This document shows, in pieces, positions 1 to 11,068 of a DNA stretch of 64,000 nucleotides; position 1 is the first letter of the stretch, and every line of letters starts with the position of its first letter. Origin of the DNA: Synechococcus sp. (lineage in GTDB: Bacteria > Cyanobacteriota > Cyanobacteriia > PCC-6307 > Cyanobiaceae). Under the pieces are notes generated by a model. That model was given only the letters and a program-made list of their open reading frames with translations. It searched no databases and was not told the DNA's origin. Position numbers and translations under genes: made by a program. Location: contig JBJBEO010000001.1 of the NCBI GenBank assembly GCA_047284725.1, positions 2,104,203 to 2,168,202 on the forward strand, read 5' to 3'.

Positions 1-1
1 C

Positions 2-778
2 GTCTGCCAGGAGGCCAGCTGTCCCAACATCGGCGAGTGCTTCGCCGGAGGTACAGCCACTTTTCTGATCATGGGGCCGGGCTGCACAAGAGCCTGCCCT
101 TACTGCGATATCGACTTCGACAAGAGCGTGCGCACGCTCGATCCCACGGAGCCCGAGCGGCTTGGGGAAGCCGTGGCACGGATGGGCCTCAACCATGTGG
201 TGATCACATCCGTGAACAGGGATGACCTTGACGACGGCGGTGCCTCTCAGTTTGTGGCCTGCATCGAGCAGGTGAAACAACGCTCTCCCCTCACCACGAT
301 CGAACTGCTCATCCCAGACTTCTGCGGCAACTGGGATGCGCTGGCCACCGTGATGGAGGCGGCGCCACACGTGCTCAACCACAACATTGAGACCGTCCCC
401 AGGCTGTACCGCCAAGCACGACCGCAGGGAGTGTATGAACGGTCTCTGGAGCTTCTCAAGCGGGTGCGCGACGGCTGGCCAAGTGTTTACACCAAATCAG
501 GGCTGATGGTGGGCTTAGGTGAAAGCGATGCCGAGGTGATCGAGGTGCTGCACGACCTCCGTGAGCATCATGTCGACATCGTCACCATCGGCCAGTACCT
601 GTCCCCAGGTCCGAAACACCTGCCTGTCGACCGATTCGTCACCCCTGAGCAGTTCGATCAGTATCGCCAGGAAGGCCAGCAGGATCTTGGCTTCCTCCAG
701 GTGGTGAGTTCGCCCCTGACCCGCAGCAGTTATCACGCTGGAGAGGTGCAGCGCCTGATGCAGGCCCACCCTCGCTAG
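2..778 (+). CDS. lipA: Lipoyl synthase (radical SAM), 5'-truncated by window edge
   Basis: Frame is open from position 2 and reads [14 protein letters not shown] (CX4CX5C), then CTRACPYC (CX3CX2C) and C-terminal RSSY. Confidence 0.95.
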   Translation, partial: VCQEASCPNIGECFAGGTATFLIMGPGCTRACPYCDIDFDKSVRTLDPTEPERLGEAVARMGLNHVVITSVNRDDLDDGGASQFVACIEQVKQRSPLTTIELLIPDFCGNWDALATVMEAAPHVLNHNIETVPRLYRQARPQGVYERSLELLKRVRDGWPSVYTKSGLMVGLGESDAEVIEVLHDLREHHVDIVTIGQYLSPGPKHLPVDRFVTPEQFDQYRQEGQQDLGFLQVVSSPLTRSSYHAGEVQRLMQAHPR

Positions 779-781
779 GCA

Positions 782-1090
782 TCAGACCTGCAGGTCGCCG
801 AAGACGGGCCTCCAGGCATGCAGGCTCCAGTCGACCAAGCCGCGGGCAATCATCGGATCTTGACGAATCAAGGCCTCCGCTGCGAGGTAGCTCTCAGCCT
901 CGAACACCAGAAAGCCTCCACCACCTGGCTTTTGATCAGCATCGACAAGAAAACCGCTGGCAACTCTCAGGCCCGATTCGTGTTGCCTCTCAACCCAGCG
1001 CCGGTGATCAGCGCAATGGGCCTGCCGCTGTTCTGAAGGCAAAGCCCTCATCGCAGCGGTAAAGGTTTCCTGCTTGATGAACCAGGGCAC
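782..1090 (-). CDS. YciI-family protein
   Basis: 102 aa with an H..W motif, SGFLVD...GGG and DPM, as in cyanobacterial YciI-like proteins. GTG start. Confidence 0.75.
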   Translation of the reverse strand: MPWFIKQETFTAAMRALPSEQRQAHCADHRRWVERQHESGLRVASGFLVDADQKPGGGGFLVFEAESYLAAEALIRQDPMIARGLVDWSLHAWRPVFGDLQV

Positions 1091-1103
1091 GAAGGCGCCT
1101 CAA

Positions 1104-4100
1104 TCAGGCGGCAACCGCCGCCCGCTCCTCCAGCCCCATGGCCTCTCGCTCACTGGGGGGAACCAGCACCTTGAAACGAGCCTTCGCCGCAGACCAGTCG
1201 GCCAGCAGAGCCGCGGCCTTTTCACTGCCGGTCGCTGTCAAATGCGCCTGCAACAACGTCTTCAGCATGGATTCCTGCTGGGCTGTGGTGATCGTGCACA
1301 CCTCGACGATCTCCGGATTCACGCGTGGACTCACCCGATCGTGATCATCCAGCAAGAAGGTGACACCGCCGGTCATACCGGCACCGACATTGCGGCCGGT
1401 GCTGCCGAGCACCACCACCACACCGCCTGTCATGTATTCACAGCAATGATCACCGGCTCCTTCCACAACCGTCCGAGCACCACTGTTGCGAACGCCGAAT
1501 CGCTCACCGGCGCGGCCATGGGCAAACAGCTCTCCTCCTGTGGCACCGTAGAGACAGGTATTCCCAAGAATCACCTGGTCGCCGGGGTTCGCCGTCGAGT
1601 CGGAGGGCACCAGCGTGATGCGACCGCTGTTCATGCCTTTCCCCACATAGTCGTTGGCTTCACCCTCGAGGCGCACGTTCATGCCCTGCACCAGGAAGGC
1701 CCCGAAGCTCTGGCCGGCAGCACCCCGGAAGGTGAGGTCAAGCTGGCCGTTGAAGCCTCGGTTGCCATGGCGCTCAGCGATCTCACCCGCGAGGCGGGCG
1801 CACACACTGCGATCGGTGTTAATGATCTCCACCGTGCGGGTCAGCGAAGCATGACCCTCGATCGCCGCCATGACGTTGGCATCGGCGAGGAGCTGGTCTT
1901 CAAGAATTGGACCATTGCCATGGGCCTCAGCGCTGTGGGTCAGCCAGGATCGGTCTTCAGAACCCTTGATCGGTGCCAGCAGGCTCGATAGATCAACACA
2001 TTGGGTCTTGGCCAAGGCCACAGAACGGGGCTGAAGCAATTCGGTGCGACCGATCAACTCCTCCAGACGGGCAACCCCGAGGAGACTCATGAGCTGACGC
2101 ACCTCCTCAGCCACGTACCAGAAGAAATTCACCACGTGCTCGGGGACACCGGTGAAACGCTTGCGGAGGTTCTCCTTCTGGGTCGCCACCCCCACAGGGC
2201 AGTTGTTGGTATGGCAAACGCGGGCCATCACACAACCCTCAGCGATCATCGCAATCGAACCAAAACCGTATTCCTCCGCTCCCAGCAGAGCGGCGATCAC
2301 CACATCCCAGCCGGTCTTGAGACCGCCATCAGCACGGAGCAACACGCGGTCGCGCAAACCATTCTCGAGCAGCGAGCGGTGCACTTCGGTGAGCCCCAGC
2401 TCCCAGGGCCCCCCGGCGTGCTTGATGGAACTCAGGGGAGAGGCCCCGGTTCCGCCGTCATGACCGGAAATCTGAATCACATCAGCATTGGCCTTCGCCA
2501 CGCCAGCCGCGATGGTGCCGATGCCGATCTCAGCCACCAACTTCACACTCACCGGTGCTGCAGGGTGCACCTGATGCAAATCATGGATTAGCTGGGCGAG
2601 ATCTTCGATCGAATAGATGTCGTGATGGGGAGGCGGTGAAATCAGGGCCACACCAGGCTTGCTGTTCCGCAGCCAGGCGATGTACTTGTCCACCTTCGGC
2701 CCGGGCAGCTGACCTCCTTCTCCAGGCTTGGCCCCTTGAGCCACCTTGATTTCCAGCTGCTTACCGCTGCGCAGATATTCAGCGGTCACTCCAAAGCGAC
2801 CAGATGCGATCTGTTTGATGGCCGAGCAGGCGGTGTCGCCATTGCGGAGACCTCCGATGCTCGGGAAGGCCGCGGAGCGTCCCTCGGCATCAACATCCTT
2901 CAGAACCTGGAAGCGGGCGGGATCTTCTCCGCCCTCGCCACTGTTGCTCTTGCCACCGATACGGTTCATCGCCACCGCCAGCACCTCGTGGGCTTCCCGA
3001 GACAACGCTCCGAGGCTCATCCCACCGGTGCAGAAACGCGTGCAGATGCTCTCCACACTCTCCACCTGATCGAGTGGAAGCGGGGTAGGCGCCAGCTTGA
3101 ACTCAAGCAGATCACGCAGGGCCATCACCGGACGGTTCGACAGCAGGGCTTGATACGTGGAGAAGTGGTCGTAACCGGGGCCTTGCGCCACCGCCTTGTG
3201 CAACGCCTTTGACAACTCAGGGTTGTTGCGGTGGTACTCGGCACCACTGCGGTACTGCACGAACCCCATGAACTCGAGCTTGCTGCGGTTGAGTTCGGGG
3301 AACGCCTTGGCATGCATCGAGAGGGTCTCATTGGCCAGTTCCGCCAAGGTCATGCCGGCGACACGACTGGTGGTACCGGCAAAAGCGGTGTCGATGACAT
3401 CAGCCCCCAGGCCGATCGCCTCGAAAATCTGGGCACCGTGGTAACTGGCCAGAAGCGAGATGCCGATTTTGGAAAGAATTTTGCGCAGACCGTTTTCGAG
3501 CGAATCACGCACGTTCGCCTGCACCTGATTGGCATCAAGCGCAGGCAGCTTGCCCTGCTCGATTCGCTTCTGGGTCTTGGGGTGGTCGAGCCAGTGCCGC
3601 GTGGTCTCCCAGGTGAGCCAAGGACAAACAGCACTGGCGCCATAGCCGATTAAACAGGCCAGATGATGCGTGCTCCAGCACTGCGCCGTGTCGACCACCA
3701 GAGAACACTGCAAGCGCAGCTTCTGACGCAGCAAGTGGTGGTGCACGGCACCCACGGCCAGCAGCGCCGGCATCGCGACGGTGGTGGCATTGAGCGGGGC
3801 CGCTGCTCCCATGGCATCGACACGGTCGGACAGCACCAACACCTGGGCTCCTGAACGAACCGCCTGTTCAGCCGCGTTGCACAGGGCATCGAGGGCGGAT
3901 TTGAGGCTGCCGGTGCAAGCTTCCACGGCCACCTGCGTGGAGAGAGTCTGCACCGGCAAACCCTGCTGACCGATCTCTCCGAGCTCGGCTTCATTCAGCA
4001 CCGGGCTCTCGAGATGAATCACCGCAGCCGCCTCGGCCTGGGGCCTTAAGGCCGGACGACGCTCGCCAAGGTGCATCTCAAGGCTCATCACCAATTTCTC

Positions 4101-5702
4101 CCGCAGGGGATCAATCGGTGGATTCGTGACCTGCGCGAATCGCTGTTTGAAGTAGTCGTACAGCAGGTGCGGCTTGTCAGAGAGGACGGCCAGGGGGATG
4201 TCGTCCCCCATGCAGTAGGTCGGCTCTTTGCCAAGGGCCGCCATATCTTCGATGATCAGATCAAAGTCTTCGGCGGTGAAACCCATCGCCGTCTGGAGGC
4301 GTAAGAGATCCAGTTCGCCGATCTGTCGTTCCTGGCTCCAAGGCTGAGGGGCAACGCGGCGGCGGTGCTGATGGAGCCAGTCGGCGTAAGGGAAGCGACG
4401 GGCAGCATCTTCCTTGACCGACCAATTGTCGAGGAGCTGACCACCTTCAAGATCCACGGCCAGCATCTGACCGGGGCCCAGACGGCCTTTCTGAACCACG
4501 GTCTTGCCACTGAGATCGACCACGCCGGTCTCCGAGCCCATGATCACAAAGCCGTCCGCGGTGGTACACCAACGGGCTGGACGCAGACCATTGCGATCCA
4601 AGGTGGCGCCGACCCTCTTGCCATCAGCAAAGACCAGCAGAGCAGGCCCATCCCAAGGCTCCTGAATGCCCGCGTTGAATTCATACATCGCCGTCACGTC
4701 CGGACGACGATCCAGATCAGGCTGGTTGCGGAAGGCCTCCGGAACGAGGGTGATCAGGCTGTCGGTGATCGACCGACCACTGCGCACCATCAGCTCCAAC
4801 ATGGCATCAAGGTTGGCGGAATCGCTGAACGCTGGATTCACGACCGGAATCAATTCATCGGCCGCCTCCCCCCAGACATTTTCAAGGCTGGCTTCCGAAG
4901 CCTTCGCCCAGTTGAGGTTGCCAAGGAGGGTGTTGATTTCGCCGTTGTGCCCCAGAAGACGCATCGGCTGAGCCAGAGGCCAACGGGGCAGCGTATTGGT
5001 GCTGAAGCGGCGGTGGTACACCGCAAAACTCACTGCAAAACGAGGGTCCTGAAGGTCGGCGTAGTACTGCGCCAACACTTCAGAGCGCACCATGCCCTTG
5101 TAAACAACGGTGCGACTGCTGAGGGAGGCGACATAGAGGTCATGAATGCCTCCGGCGCCAAACACCTCTCGGGCACGGGCGCCGATGCGCCGACGCAATC
5201 GCAGCAGCAGCCCTTCGAAGGCATCGTCATCACAACTGCCGGCGAGGAGCCACTGTTCAATCACCGGGGCCGTCTCACGCGCGAGCGGGCCCAGAACGGC
5301 TGGATTGACGGGAACACCACGCCAGCCCAATGGGCTCAGACCAAGAGCGACGGCCTCCTCCTCGCAGAAGCGTCGCGCCTGTTCCCGGCGCGTTTCATCC
5401 TTCGGCAGAAAAAGCATGCCGAGGCCCTTCGCAGCACCCGCCTCAGGCCAAACCGCCTTGAGGTAGTCCCAAGGGATCTGACACAGCACCCCAGCCCCGT
5501 CACCGGAATCTCCATCACCACCACAACCACCACGGTGCTCCATGCAGCCCAACCCGCGCAGGGCTTGCTGAAGCACCCAATGACTGGCCTCGCCATTCAG
5601 ATGGGCAAGAAAACCAACGCCGCAAGCATCTCTCTCACCTGCAATGGCTTCAGGAGCGCTGGTATCGCAGTGGGGCCAGACGGAGGCGGGAAGTTGGGTC
5701 AT
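1104..5702 (-). CDS. glsF: Ferredoxin-dependent glutamate synthase (GOGAT)
   Basis: 1532 aa. ERDA-CGVGF amidotransferase N-terminus, HRRFSTNT, IKVAQGAKPGEGGQLPG, CVMARVCHTNNCPVGVATQ [3Fe-4S] motif and GXGXG C-terminal domain. Confidence 0.95.
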   Translation of the reverse strand: MTQLPASVWPHCDTSAPEAIAGERDACGVGFLAHLNGEASHWVLQQALRGLGCMEHRGGCGGDGDSGDGAGVLCQIPWDYLKAVWPEAGAAKGLGMLFLPKDETRREQARRFCEEEAVALGLSPLGWRGVPVNPAVLGPLARETAPVIEQWLLAGSCDDDAFEGLLLRLRRRIGARAREVFGAGGIHDLYVASLSSRTVVYKGMVRSEVLAQYYADLQDPRFAVSFAVYHRRFSTNTLPRWPLAQPMRLLGHNGEINTLLGNLNWAKASEASLENVWGEAADELIPVVNPAFSDSANLDAMLELMVRSGRSITDSLITLVPEAFRNQPDLDRRPDVTAMYEFNAGIQEPWDGPALLVFADGKRVGATLDRNGLRPARWCTTADGFVIMGSETGVVDLSGKTVVQKGRLGPGQMLAVDLEGGQLLDNWSVKEDAARRFPYADWLHQHRRRVAPQPWSQERQIGELDLLRLQTAMGFTAEDFDLIIEDMAALGKEPTYCMGDDIPLAVLSDKPHLLYDYFKQRFAQVTNPPIDPLREKLVMSLEMHLGERRPALRPQAEAAAVIHLESPVLNEAELGEIGQQGLPVQTLSTQVAVEACTGSLKSALDALCNAAEQAVRSGAQVLVLSDRVDAMGAAAPLNATTVAMPALLAVGAVHHHLLRQKLRLQCSLVVDTAQCWSTHHLACLIGYGASAVCPWLTWETTRHWLDHPKTQKRIEQGKLPALDANQVQANVRDSLENGLRKILSKIGISLLASYHGAQIFEAIGLGADVIDTAFAGTTSRVAGMTLAELANETLSMHAKAFPELNRSKLEFMGFVQYRSGAEYHRNNPELSKALHKAVAQGPGYDHFSTYQALLSNRPVMALRDLLEFKLAPTPLPLDQVESVESICTRFCTGGMSLGALSREAHEVLAVAMNRIGGKSNSGEGGEDPARFQVLKDVDAEGRSAAFPSIGGLRNGDTACSAIKQIASGRFGVTAEYLRSGKQLEIKVAQGAKPGEGGQLPGPKVDKYIAWLRNSKPGVALISPPPHHDIYSIEDLAQLIHDLHQVHPAAPVSVKLVAEIGIGTIAAGVAKANADVIQISGHDGGTGASPLSSIKHAGGPWELGLTEVHRSLLENGLRDRVLLRADGGLKTGWDVVIAALLGAEEYGFGSIAMIAEGCVMARVCHTNNCPVGVATQKENLRKRFTGVPEHVVNFFWYVAEEVRQLMSLLGVARLEELIGRTELLQPRSVALAKTQCVDLSSLLAPIKGSEDRSWLTHSAEAHGNGPILEDQLLADANVMAAIEGHASLTRTVEIINTDRSVCARLAGEIAERHGNRGFNGQLDLTFRGAAGQSFGAFLVQGMNVRLEGEANDYVGKGMNSGRITLVPSDSTANPGDQVILGNTCLYGATGGELFAHGRAGERFGVRNSGARTVVEGAGDHCCEYMTGGVVVVLGSTGRNVGAGMTGGVTFLLDDHDRVSPRVNPEIVEVCTITTAQQESMLKTLLQAHLTATGSEKAAALLADWSAAKARFKVLVPPSEREAMGLEERAAVAA

Positions 5703-5819
5703 GTCTTTCGATCGAATCGGTCGTCAGCCGCAGTCGCTTGCACCCCGCGGAAGCGCTGACGCGATTGATGATCCTAAGGAGCCGTGGTGCGCCCTTGAAA
5801 TCCAGCTAGCGTCCACTGC

Positions 5820-7514
5820 ATGGTTTCGCCGCCGCCTCCACCGGCTCCGATCTCGGAGATTCGTGCCGCTCAACCCACGAAGGGGTCAAACCTGCGCCTG
5901 GCCGGAAGCGTTATCAAAAGTGGCTGGCTATGGATAGGGATCAGCCGTCGCGACCCTGAACAGCTGTGGTTGCCGCTCGACACCCTCACCGGCAGATTTG
6001 GCATTCAGCGCAGCCCCACTCGATCAGGCGAGCAACTGGAGTGGTACGGCAAGAAGGCACTCCTGAGCAGCTTTCAACAACGCAGCATCGACGATGAAGT
6101 CTCTCTCGAGATCAGCGGGTGGTTGCGTGACATCGGCGTCCGCCTCGAGCGTTCAGGAGACTCGCTCGCCGTCAACCTGCCTGCTCCGCGACTGATTCGA
6201 CTGCGGCGGGGCAAAGGCAGCACAGCCAACCGCCTTGTCCTGGACCTCAGCGGTCCTGCCCTCTTGCAACGCCAGGGCAATGATCTGGTGATCGGTCTCA
6301 CGACCACCCCAGCCCAGGACGGTCAGCTGCGATTGATGGGGCTTCGACCGCAGCGGCAACAACAGAACCTCACCCTGCTTGGCCAGGCCAGCAGCCTCAG
6401 CACCCTCACCCTTGCCAGCCCTTGGCGGATTGTGCTCGATGGCCTCCGCAACGGCTCCAATAGCAACGCATCATCAAGCCAGGATCCCCTGGCCGCATCC
6501 CTGCTCAATCCGGCCGTTCAAGCGCTGACGCGCCGGGGACTGGTGCTTGACAAGCGTGTGGTCAAGGTGGGGGTCAAGCCACTCCTGATCTATCGCGTCG
6601 GTACCGACCCCCGCAGCCACCAACTCAACCTGCGCCCCCTGGCACCCAGCAGCGGCCAACAGGGACTGCGTTTTCTCACGCAATTCGCCCAACCGGAAGG
6701 TGCTCTCTTTGCTGTGAATGGCGGCTTCTTCAATCGGGTCCGTCAACTACCTCTGGGGGCAGTGAAACGTGATGGCACCTGGTTATCCGGGCCCATCCTC
6801 AATCGAGGTGCCATCGGCTGGAGTGGCAGTGAGAGACTTCGATTCGGCCGTTTGCAGCTTCGCCAAGAGCTGGTGGTGGATGGTGGACAACGCTGGGGAC
6901 TTGGTCACCTCAACAGCGGCTATGTCCAACGAGGGCTCAGCCGCTATGACCGTGCCTGGGGCAGGACCTACAGAGCCCTCAGTGGTCAGGAAAAGGCCAT
7001 CACCGTGATTGATGGGCAGGTGCGTTCGGTCCACGACCAGGCCACCCTCAGTCGCGGTGTTCCGATCCCCATCAAGGGAGATCTGGTCGTCGCTCGCGCT
7101 GGCGCTCCCCTGCCAGCGCGGCCTGGCCAACGGGTGAGGATTCAAACCAGCAGCTCAGACCCCCTCGGCAACGAAGACCAGGTCATCGGTGGTGGCCCTC
7201 TTCTGCTTCGAAACGGGAGCGTTGTGCTGAACGGCCGTTCCGAAGGGTTCAGTGCAGGGTTCCTCTCACTGTCCGCTCCTCGCACGGTGGTCGCCCAAGA
7301 CCAGAAACGGATGTGGCTGATGACTCTGGAAGGCACAAGCAGCGATCCCACCTTGCTGGAGACCAGCCTTGCCCTCCGCCAACTGGGCATCACTGACGCC
7401 CTCAACCTTGATGGTGGAAGCTCCACGTCGTTTGTGGTGGCGAACCGCTTGGTGATGACAGGCCGAGGGATGGCGCCCAGAATTCAGAACGCCCTGGGGT
7501 TGGTGCCAAAGTGA
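5820..7514 (+). CDS. Phosphodiester glycosidase (NAGPA-like) family protein
   Basis: AVNGGFF, GGGPLLL, APRT and ALNLDGGSS motifs in the C-terminal half. Confidence 0.8.
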   Translation: MVSPPPPPAPISEIRAAQPTKGSNLRLAGSVIKSGWLWIGISRRDPEQLWLPLDTLTGRFGIQRSPTRSGEQLEWYGKKALLSSFQQRSIDDEVSLEISGWLRDIGVRLERSGDSLAVNLPAPRLIRLRRGKGSTANRLVLDLSGPALLQRQGNDLVIGLTTTPAQDGQLRLMGLRPQRQQQNLTLLGQASSLSTLTLASPWRIVLDGLRNGSNSNASSSQDPLAASLLNPAVQALTRRGLVLDKRVVKVGVKPLLIYRVGTDPRSHQLNLRPLAPSSGQQGLRFLTQFAQPEGALFAVNGGFFNRVRQLPLGAVKRDGTWLSGPILNRGAIGWSGSERLRFGRLQLRQELVVDGGQRWGLGHLNSGYVQRGLSRYDRAWGRTYRALSGQEKAITVIDGQVRSVHDQATLSRGVPIPIKGDLVVARAGAPLPARPGQRVRIQTSSSDPLGNEDQVIGGGPLLLRNGSVVLNGRSEGFSAGFLSLSAPRTVVAQDQKRMWLMTLEGTSSDPTLLETSLALRQLGITDALNLDGGSSTSFVVANRLVMTGRGMAPRIQNALGLVPK

Positions 7515-7539
7515 TATGCATTCCCGTGTTGTGGCGTTG

Positions 7540-7866
7540 ATGGGCACCAACCTTCAGATCACGCCTTCCGCCGCTGCGGAATTAGGCCGACAGGCCGCTG
7601 TTGCGGGAACCCCCGGGCAGATGTTTCTCGATCTGGTGCCAGGCAGCTGCGAAACCCATGCGATCCGCCTTCAACCTGGGACCATGGGAGGGATCCCTGT
7701 GGCGCGGGGAGACGGAATCACGCTGCATGCACCGGCGGCCCAGCTGGCAAACCTGACTGGTCTTTGCCTGGACTACCGCAGCGATCTCAGCGGTGGTGGT
7801 TTCCTGATCTCTGCAGACCGAGACATCCGCAGCTGCGCCTGCGGCAGCGCTTTCAGCAGGCTTTGA
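7540..7866 (+). CDS. HesB/IscA-like (A-type Fe-S carrier-like) small protein
   Basis: LQITPSAA N-terminus, GSC, LDY...GGGF and C-terminal CACGSAF. Start could be 7516 or 7540. Confidence 0.7.
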   Translation: MGTNLQITPSAAAELGRQAAVAGTPGQMFLDLVPGSCETHAIRLQPGTMGGIPVARGDGITLHAPAAQLANLTGLCLDYRSDLSGGGFLISADRDIRSCACGSAFSRL

Positions 7867-7941
7867 GGAGAGGGTCAGGCGACCCGGTATTGTGGTGGAT
7901 TGTCGAACCAGGTCGGGTCTCCGGCCGCAAACCGACCGTCG

Positions 7942-8316
7942 ATGCCAACCATCCAACAACTGATCCGTAACGAGCGCCAGAGCTCCAAGGCGAAAACCAA
8001 ATCGCCAGCTCTGCGTTCCTGCCCAGAGCGCCGCGGCGTGTGCACCCGCGTGTACACCTCAACTCCCAAGAAACCGAACTCGGCTCTCCGCAAGGTGGCG
8101 CGTGTGCGCCTGACCTCCGGTTTTGAGGTGACTGCATACATCGGTGGTATTGGTCACAATCTCCAGGAACACTCCGTGGTGCTGATCCGCGGCGGTCGTG
8201 TGAAAGACCTGCCTGGTGTGCGCTACCACATCATCCGCGGCACGCTCGATACCGCTGGTGTGAAAGATCGTCGCCAGTCACGTTCCAAGTACGGCGCCAA
8301 AGCGCCCAAGGAGTGA
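7942..8316 (+). CDS. rpsL: 30S ribosomal protein S12
   Basis: MPTIQQLIR...[11 protein letters not shown]...[15 protein letters not shown] at 7942. Confidence 0.99.
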   Translation: MPTIQQLIRNERQSSKAKTKSPALRSCPERRGVCTRVYTSTPKKPNSALRKVARVRLTSGFEVTAYIGGIGHNLQEHSVVLIRGGRVKDLPGVRYHIIRGTLDTAGVKDRRQSRSKYGAKAPKE

Positions 8317-8352
8317 TGAATAAAGGGGAACTTTTGATCCCCTTCATTCATC
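8315..8352 (+). promoter_or_regulatory. Intercistronic stem-loop between rpsL and rpsG
   Basis: GATGAAT/ATTCATC and AAGGGGA/TCCCCTT arms. Confidence 0.5.
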
Positions 8353-8393
8353 GAACCGCAGTCTTTATCTTCGTTCCCATCCACTGACAGTTC

Positions 8394-8864
8394 ATGTCAC
8401 GCCGTAACGCCGCCGTCAAGCGCCCGATCCTTCCCGATCCCCAGTTCAACAATCGCCTCGCCACGATGATGGTGGCCCGTTTGATGAAGCATGGGAAAAA
8501 GTCCACTGCGCAACGGATCCTCTCCGACGCTTTCGGCTTAATCGGCGAGCGTACCGGCGGTGATCCTGTTGAGCTGTTTGAAACCGCTGTGAAGAACGCC
8601 ACCCCTTTGGTGGAAGTGCGTGCTCGCCGGGTTGGTGGAGCCACCTACCAGGTCCCCATGGAAGTGCGCCAGGAGCGAGGCACGGCCATGGCACTGCGTT
8701 GGCTGGTGAGCTTCTCCCGCTCCCGTAATGGCCGCAGCATGGCTCAGAAGCTTGCTGGCGAGCTGATGGATGCTGCCAACGAAGCTGGCAACGCCGTTCG
8801 CAAGCGCGAAGAGACCCACAAGATGGCTGAAGCCAACAAAGCCTTCGCCCACTACCGCTACTGA
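8394..8864 (+). CDS. rpsG: 30S ribosomal protein S7
   Basis: MSRRNAA...[11 protein letters not shown]...[13 protein letters not shown]. Confidence 0.99.
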   Translation: MSRRNAAVKRPILPDPQFNNRLATMMVARLMKHGKKSTAQRILSDAFGLIGERTGGDPVELFETAVKNATPLVEVRARRVGGATYQVPMEVRQERGTAMALRWLVSFSRSRNGRSMAQKLAGELMDAANEAGNAVRKREETHKMAEANKAFAHYRY

Positions 8865-8950
8865 TCCAGCACCGCCTCGGGACCCTTAACACTCCGAGAC
8901 GAACCTGTAGGATCACCACCGCCTTTTTACGCCCCACCCCGGAGTTTTCT

Positions 8951-11026
8951 GTGGCTCGCGCCTTTCCCCTGGAACGCGTCAGAAATATTGGTATCGCCGC
9001 CCACATTGACGCGGGCAAAACCACCACAACCGAACGCATCCTGTTTTATTCGGGTGTGGTTCACAAAATTGGTGAGGTGCACGATGGTGCAGCCGTCACC
9101 GACTGGATGGCACAGGAGCGCGAGCGTGGCATCACCATCACGGCGGCCGCGATTTCCACCAGCTGGAAGGACCACCGGATCAACATCATTGATACCCCTG
9201 GTCACGTCGACTTCACCATCGAGGTGGAGCGCTCCATGCGCGTGCTTGATGGGGTGATCGCCGTCTTCTGCGCTGTGGGTGGCGTGCAGCCCCAGTCCGA
9301 GACGGTCTGGCGCCAAGCCGATCGCTATTCAGTACCGCGGATGGTGTTCGTGAACAAGATGGACCGCACCGGTGCGGACTTCCTCAAGGTTCACGGCCAG
9401 ATCAAGGATCGCCTCAAGGCCAATGCTGTTCCCATTCAGCTGCCGATCGGTGCTGAAGGAGAACTCAGCGGCATCATCGACCTGGTCGAGAACAAGGCAC
9501 ACATCTACAAGGACGACCTCGGTCAGGACATCGAAGTCACCGATGTGCCCGCCGACATGAAGGATCAGGTCGAGGAATGGCGCAACGTGCTGATGGAAGC
9601 CGTTGCTGAAACCGACGAGGCCTTGATCGAGAAGTTCCTCGAAGAAGGTGAGCTCAGCGTTGAAGAGCTCAAGAAAGGCGTTCGTGAGGGCGTGCTGAAG
9701 CATGGCCTGGTCCCGATGCTGTGTGGCTCCGCCTTCAAGAACAAAGGTGTGCAGCTGGTCCTCGATGCCGTCGTCGACTATCTGCCTGCCCCTGTGGATG
9801 TCCCACCCATCCAGGGTGTTCTGCCTGATGGCAAGGAAGCTGTTCGTCCCTCCGACGACAACGCTCCCTTCAGTGCTTTGGCCTTCAAAGTCATGGCCGA
9901 CCCCTACGGAAAACTCACCTTTGTCCGGATGTACTCCGGCGTCCTGGAGAAGGGCAGCTATGTGCTCAACTCCACCAAAGGCGAGAAAGAGCGCATCTCC
10001 CGTCTCGTTGTGCTCAAAGCCGACGATCGCGAAGAAGTCGACGCCCTGCGGGCAGGCGATCTGGGTGCCGTTCTGGGTCTGAAAGCCACCACCACCGGTG
10101 ACACGCTCTGCGCCTCAGACGATCCGATCGTTCTGGAGACCCTGTTTGTTCCGGAGCCTGTGATTTCCGTGGCTGTGGAACCCAAGACCAAAGGTGACAT
10201 GGAAAAGCTGTCCAAGGCTTTGGTGGCCCTGGCCGAAGAAGACCCCACCTTCCGTGTGAACACCGATGCGGAAACAGGCCAGACGGTGATCGCCGGTATG
10301 GGCGAACTCCACCTCGAAATCTTGGTGGATCGCATGCTGCGTGAATTCAAGGTGGAAGCCAACATCGGCGCACCTCAGGTCTCGTACCGCGAAACGATTC
10401 GCGCTTCCTCCAAGGGCGAAGGCAAGTTCTCGCGCCAGACCGGTGGTAAAGGCCAATACGGCCATGTGGTGATCGAAATGGAGCCGGGCGAACCTGAGTC
10501 AGGCTTTGAATTCGTCAACAAAATTGTTGGCGGCGTCGTTCCTAAGGAATTCATCAAGCCCTCTGAGATGGGCATGAAGGAAACCTGCGAATCCGGCGTG
10601 ATCGCCGGATTCCCCATGATCGACATCAAAGTCACCATGGTGGATGGGTCCTATCACGACGTGGACTCTTCGGAGATGGCGTTTAAGATCGCCGGCTCCA
10701 TGGCTTTCAAAGATGCGGTCAAGAAGTGCAATCCTGTACTTCTTGAGCCGATGATGAAGGTCGAGGTCGAAGTTCCCGAGGACTTCCTCGGCTCGATCAT
10801 CGGTGACCTGTCCTCCCGTCGAGGACAGGTTGAAGGTCAGGCAATTGACGATGGCACGTCAAAAGTCTCGGCCAAGGTGCCCTTGGCCGAGATGTTCGGC
10901 TACGCCACCGAGCTCCGATCCATGACCCAGGGTCGGGGTATTTTCTCGATGGAATTCAGCCACTACGAGGATGTTCCTCGCAATGTGGCCGAGGCCATCA
11001 TCTCCAAGAATCAGGGCAATTCCTGA
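8951..11026 (+). CDS. fusA: Elongation factor G
   Basis: [26 protein letters not shown]. 691 aa, GTG start. Confidence 0.99.
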   Translation: MARAFPLERVRNIGIAAHIDAGKTTTTERILFYSGVVHKIGEVHDGAAVTDWMAQERERGITITAAAISTSWKDHRINIIDTPGHVDFTIEVERSMRVLDGVIAVFCAVGGVQPQSETVWRQADRYSVPRMVFVNKMDRTGADFLKVHGQIKDRLKANAVPIQLPIGAEGELSGIIDLVENKAHIYKDDLGQDIEVTDVPADMKDQVEEWRNVLMEAVAETDEALIEKFLEEGELSVEELKKGVREGVLKHGLVPMLCGSAFKNKGVQLVLDAVVDYLPAPVDVPPIQGVLPDGKEAVRPSDDNAPFSALAFKVMADPYGKLTFVRMYSGVLEKGSYVLNSTKGEKERISRLVVLKADDREEVDALRAGDLGAVLGLKATTTGDTLCASDDPIVLETLFVPEPVISVAVEPKTKGDMEKLSKALVALAEEDPTFRVNTDAETGQTVIAGMGELHLEILVDRMLREFKVEANIGAPQVSYRETIRASSKGEGKFSRQTGGKGQYGHVVIEMEPGEPESGFEFVNKIVGGVVPKEFIKPSEMGMKETCESGVIAGFPMIDIKVTMVDGSYHDVDSSEMAFKIAGSMAFKDAVKKCNPVLLEPMMKVEVEVPEDFLGSIIGDLSSRRGQVEGQAIDDGTSKVSAKVPLAEMFGYATELRSMTQGRGIFSMEFSHYEDVPRNVAEAIISKNQGNS

Positions 11027-11068
11027 TCTCTACCCACCCTCAAATTCACCCCCGATTCTTTAACAACA

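Noticed and set aside
7942..8316. Streptomycin-resistance alleles in rpsL
   Set aside because: The PKKPNS and RVKDLPG lysines are wild type.
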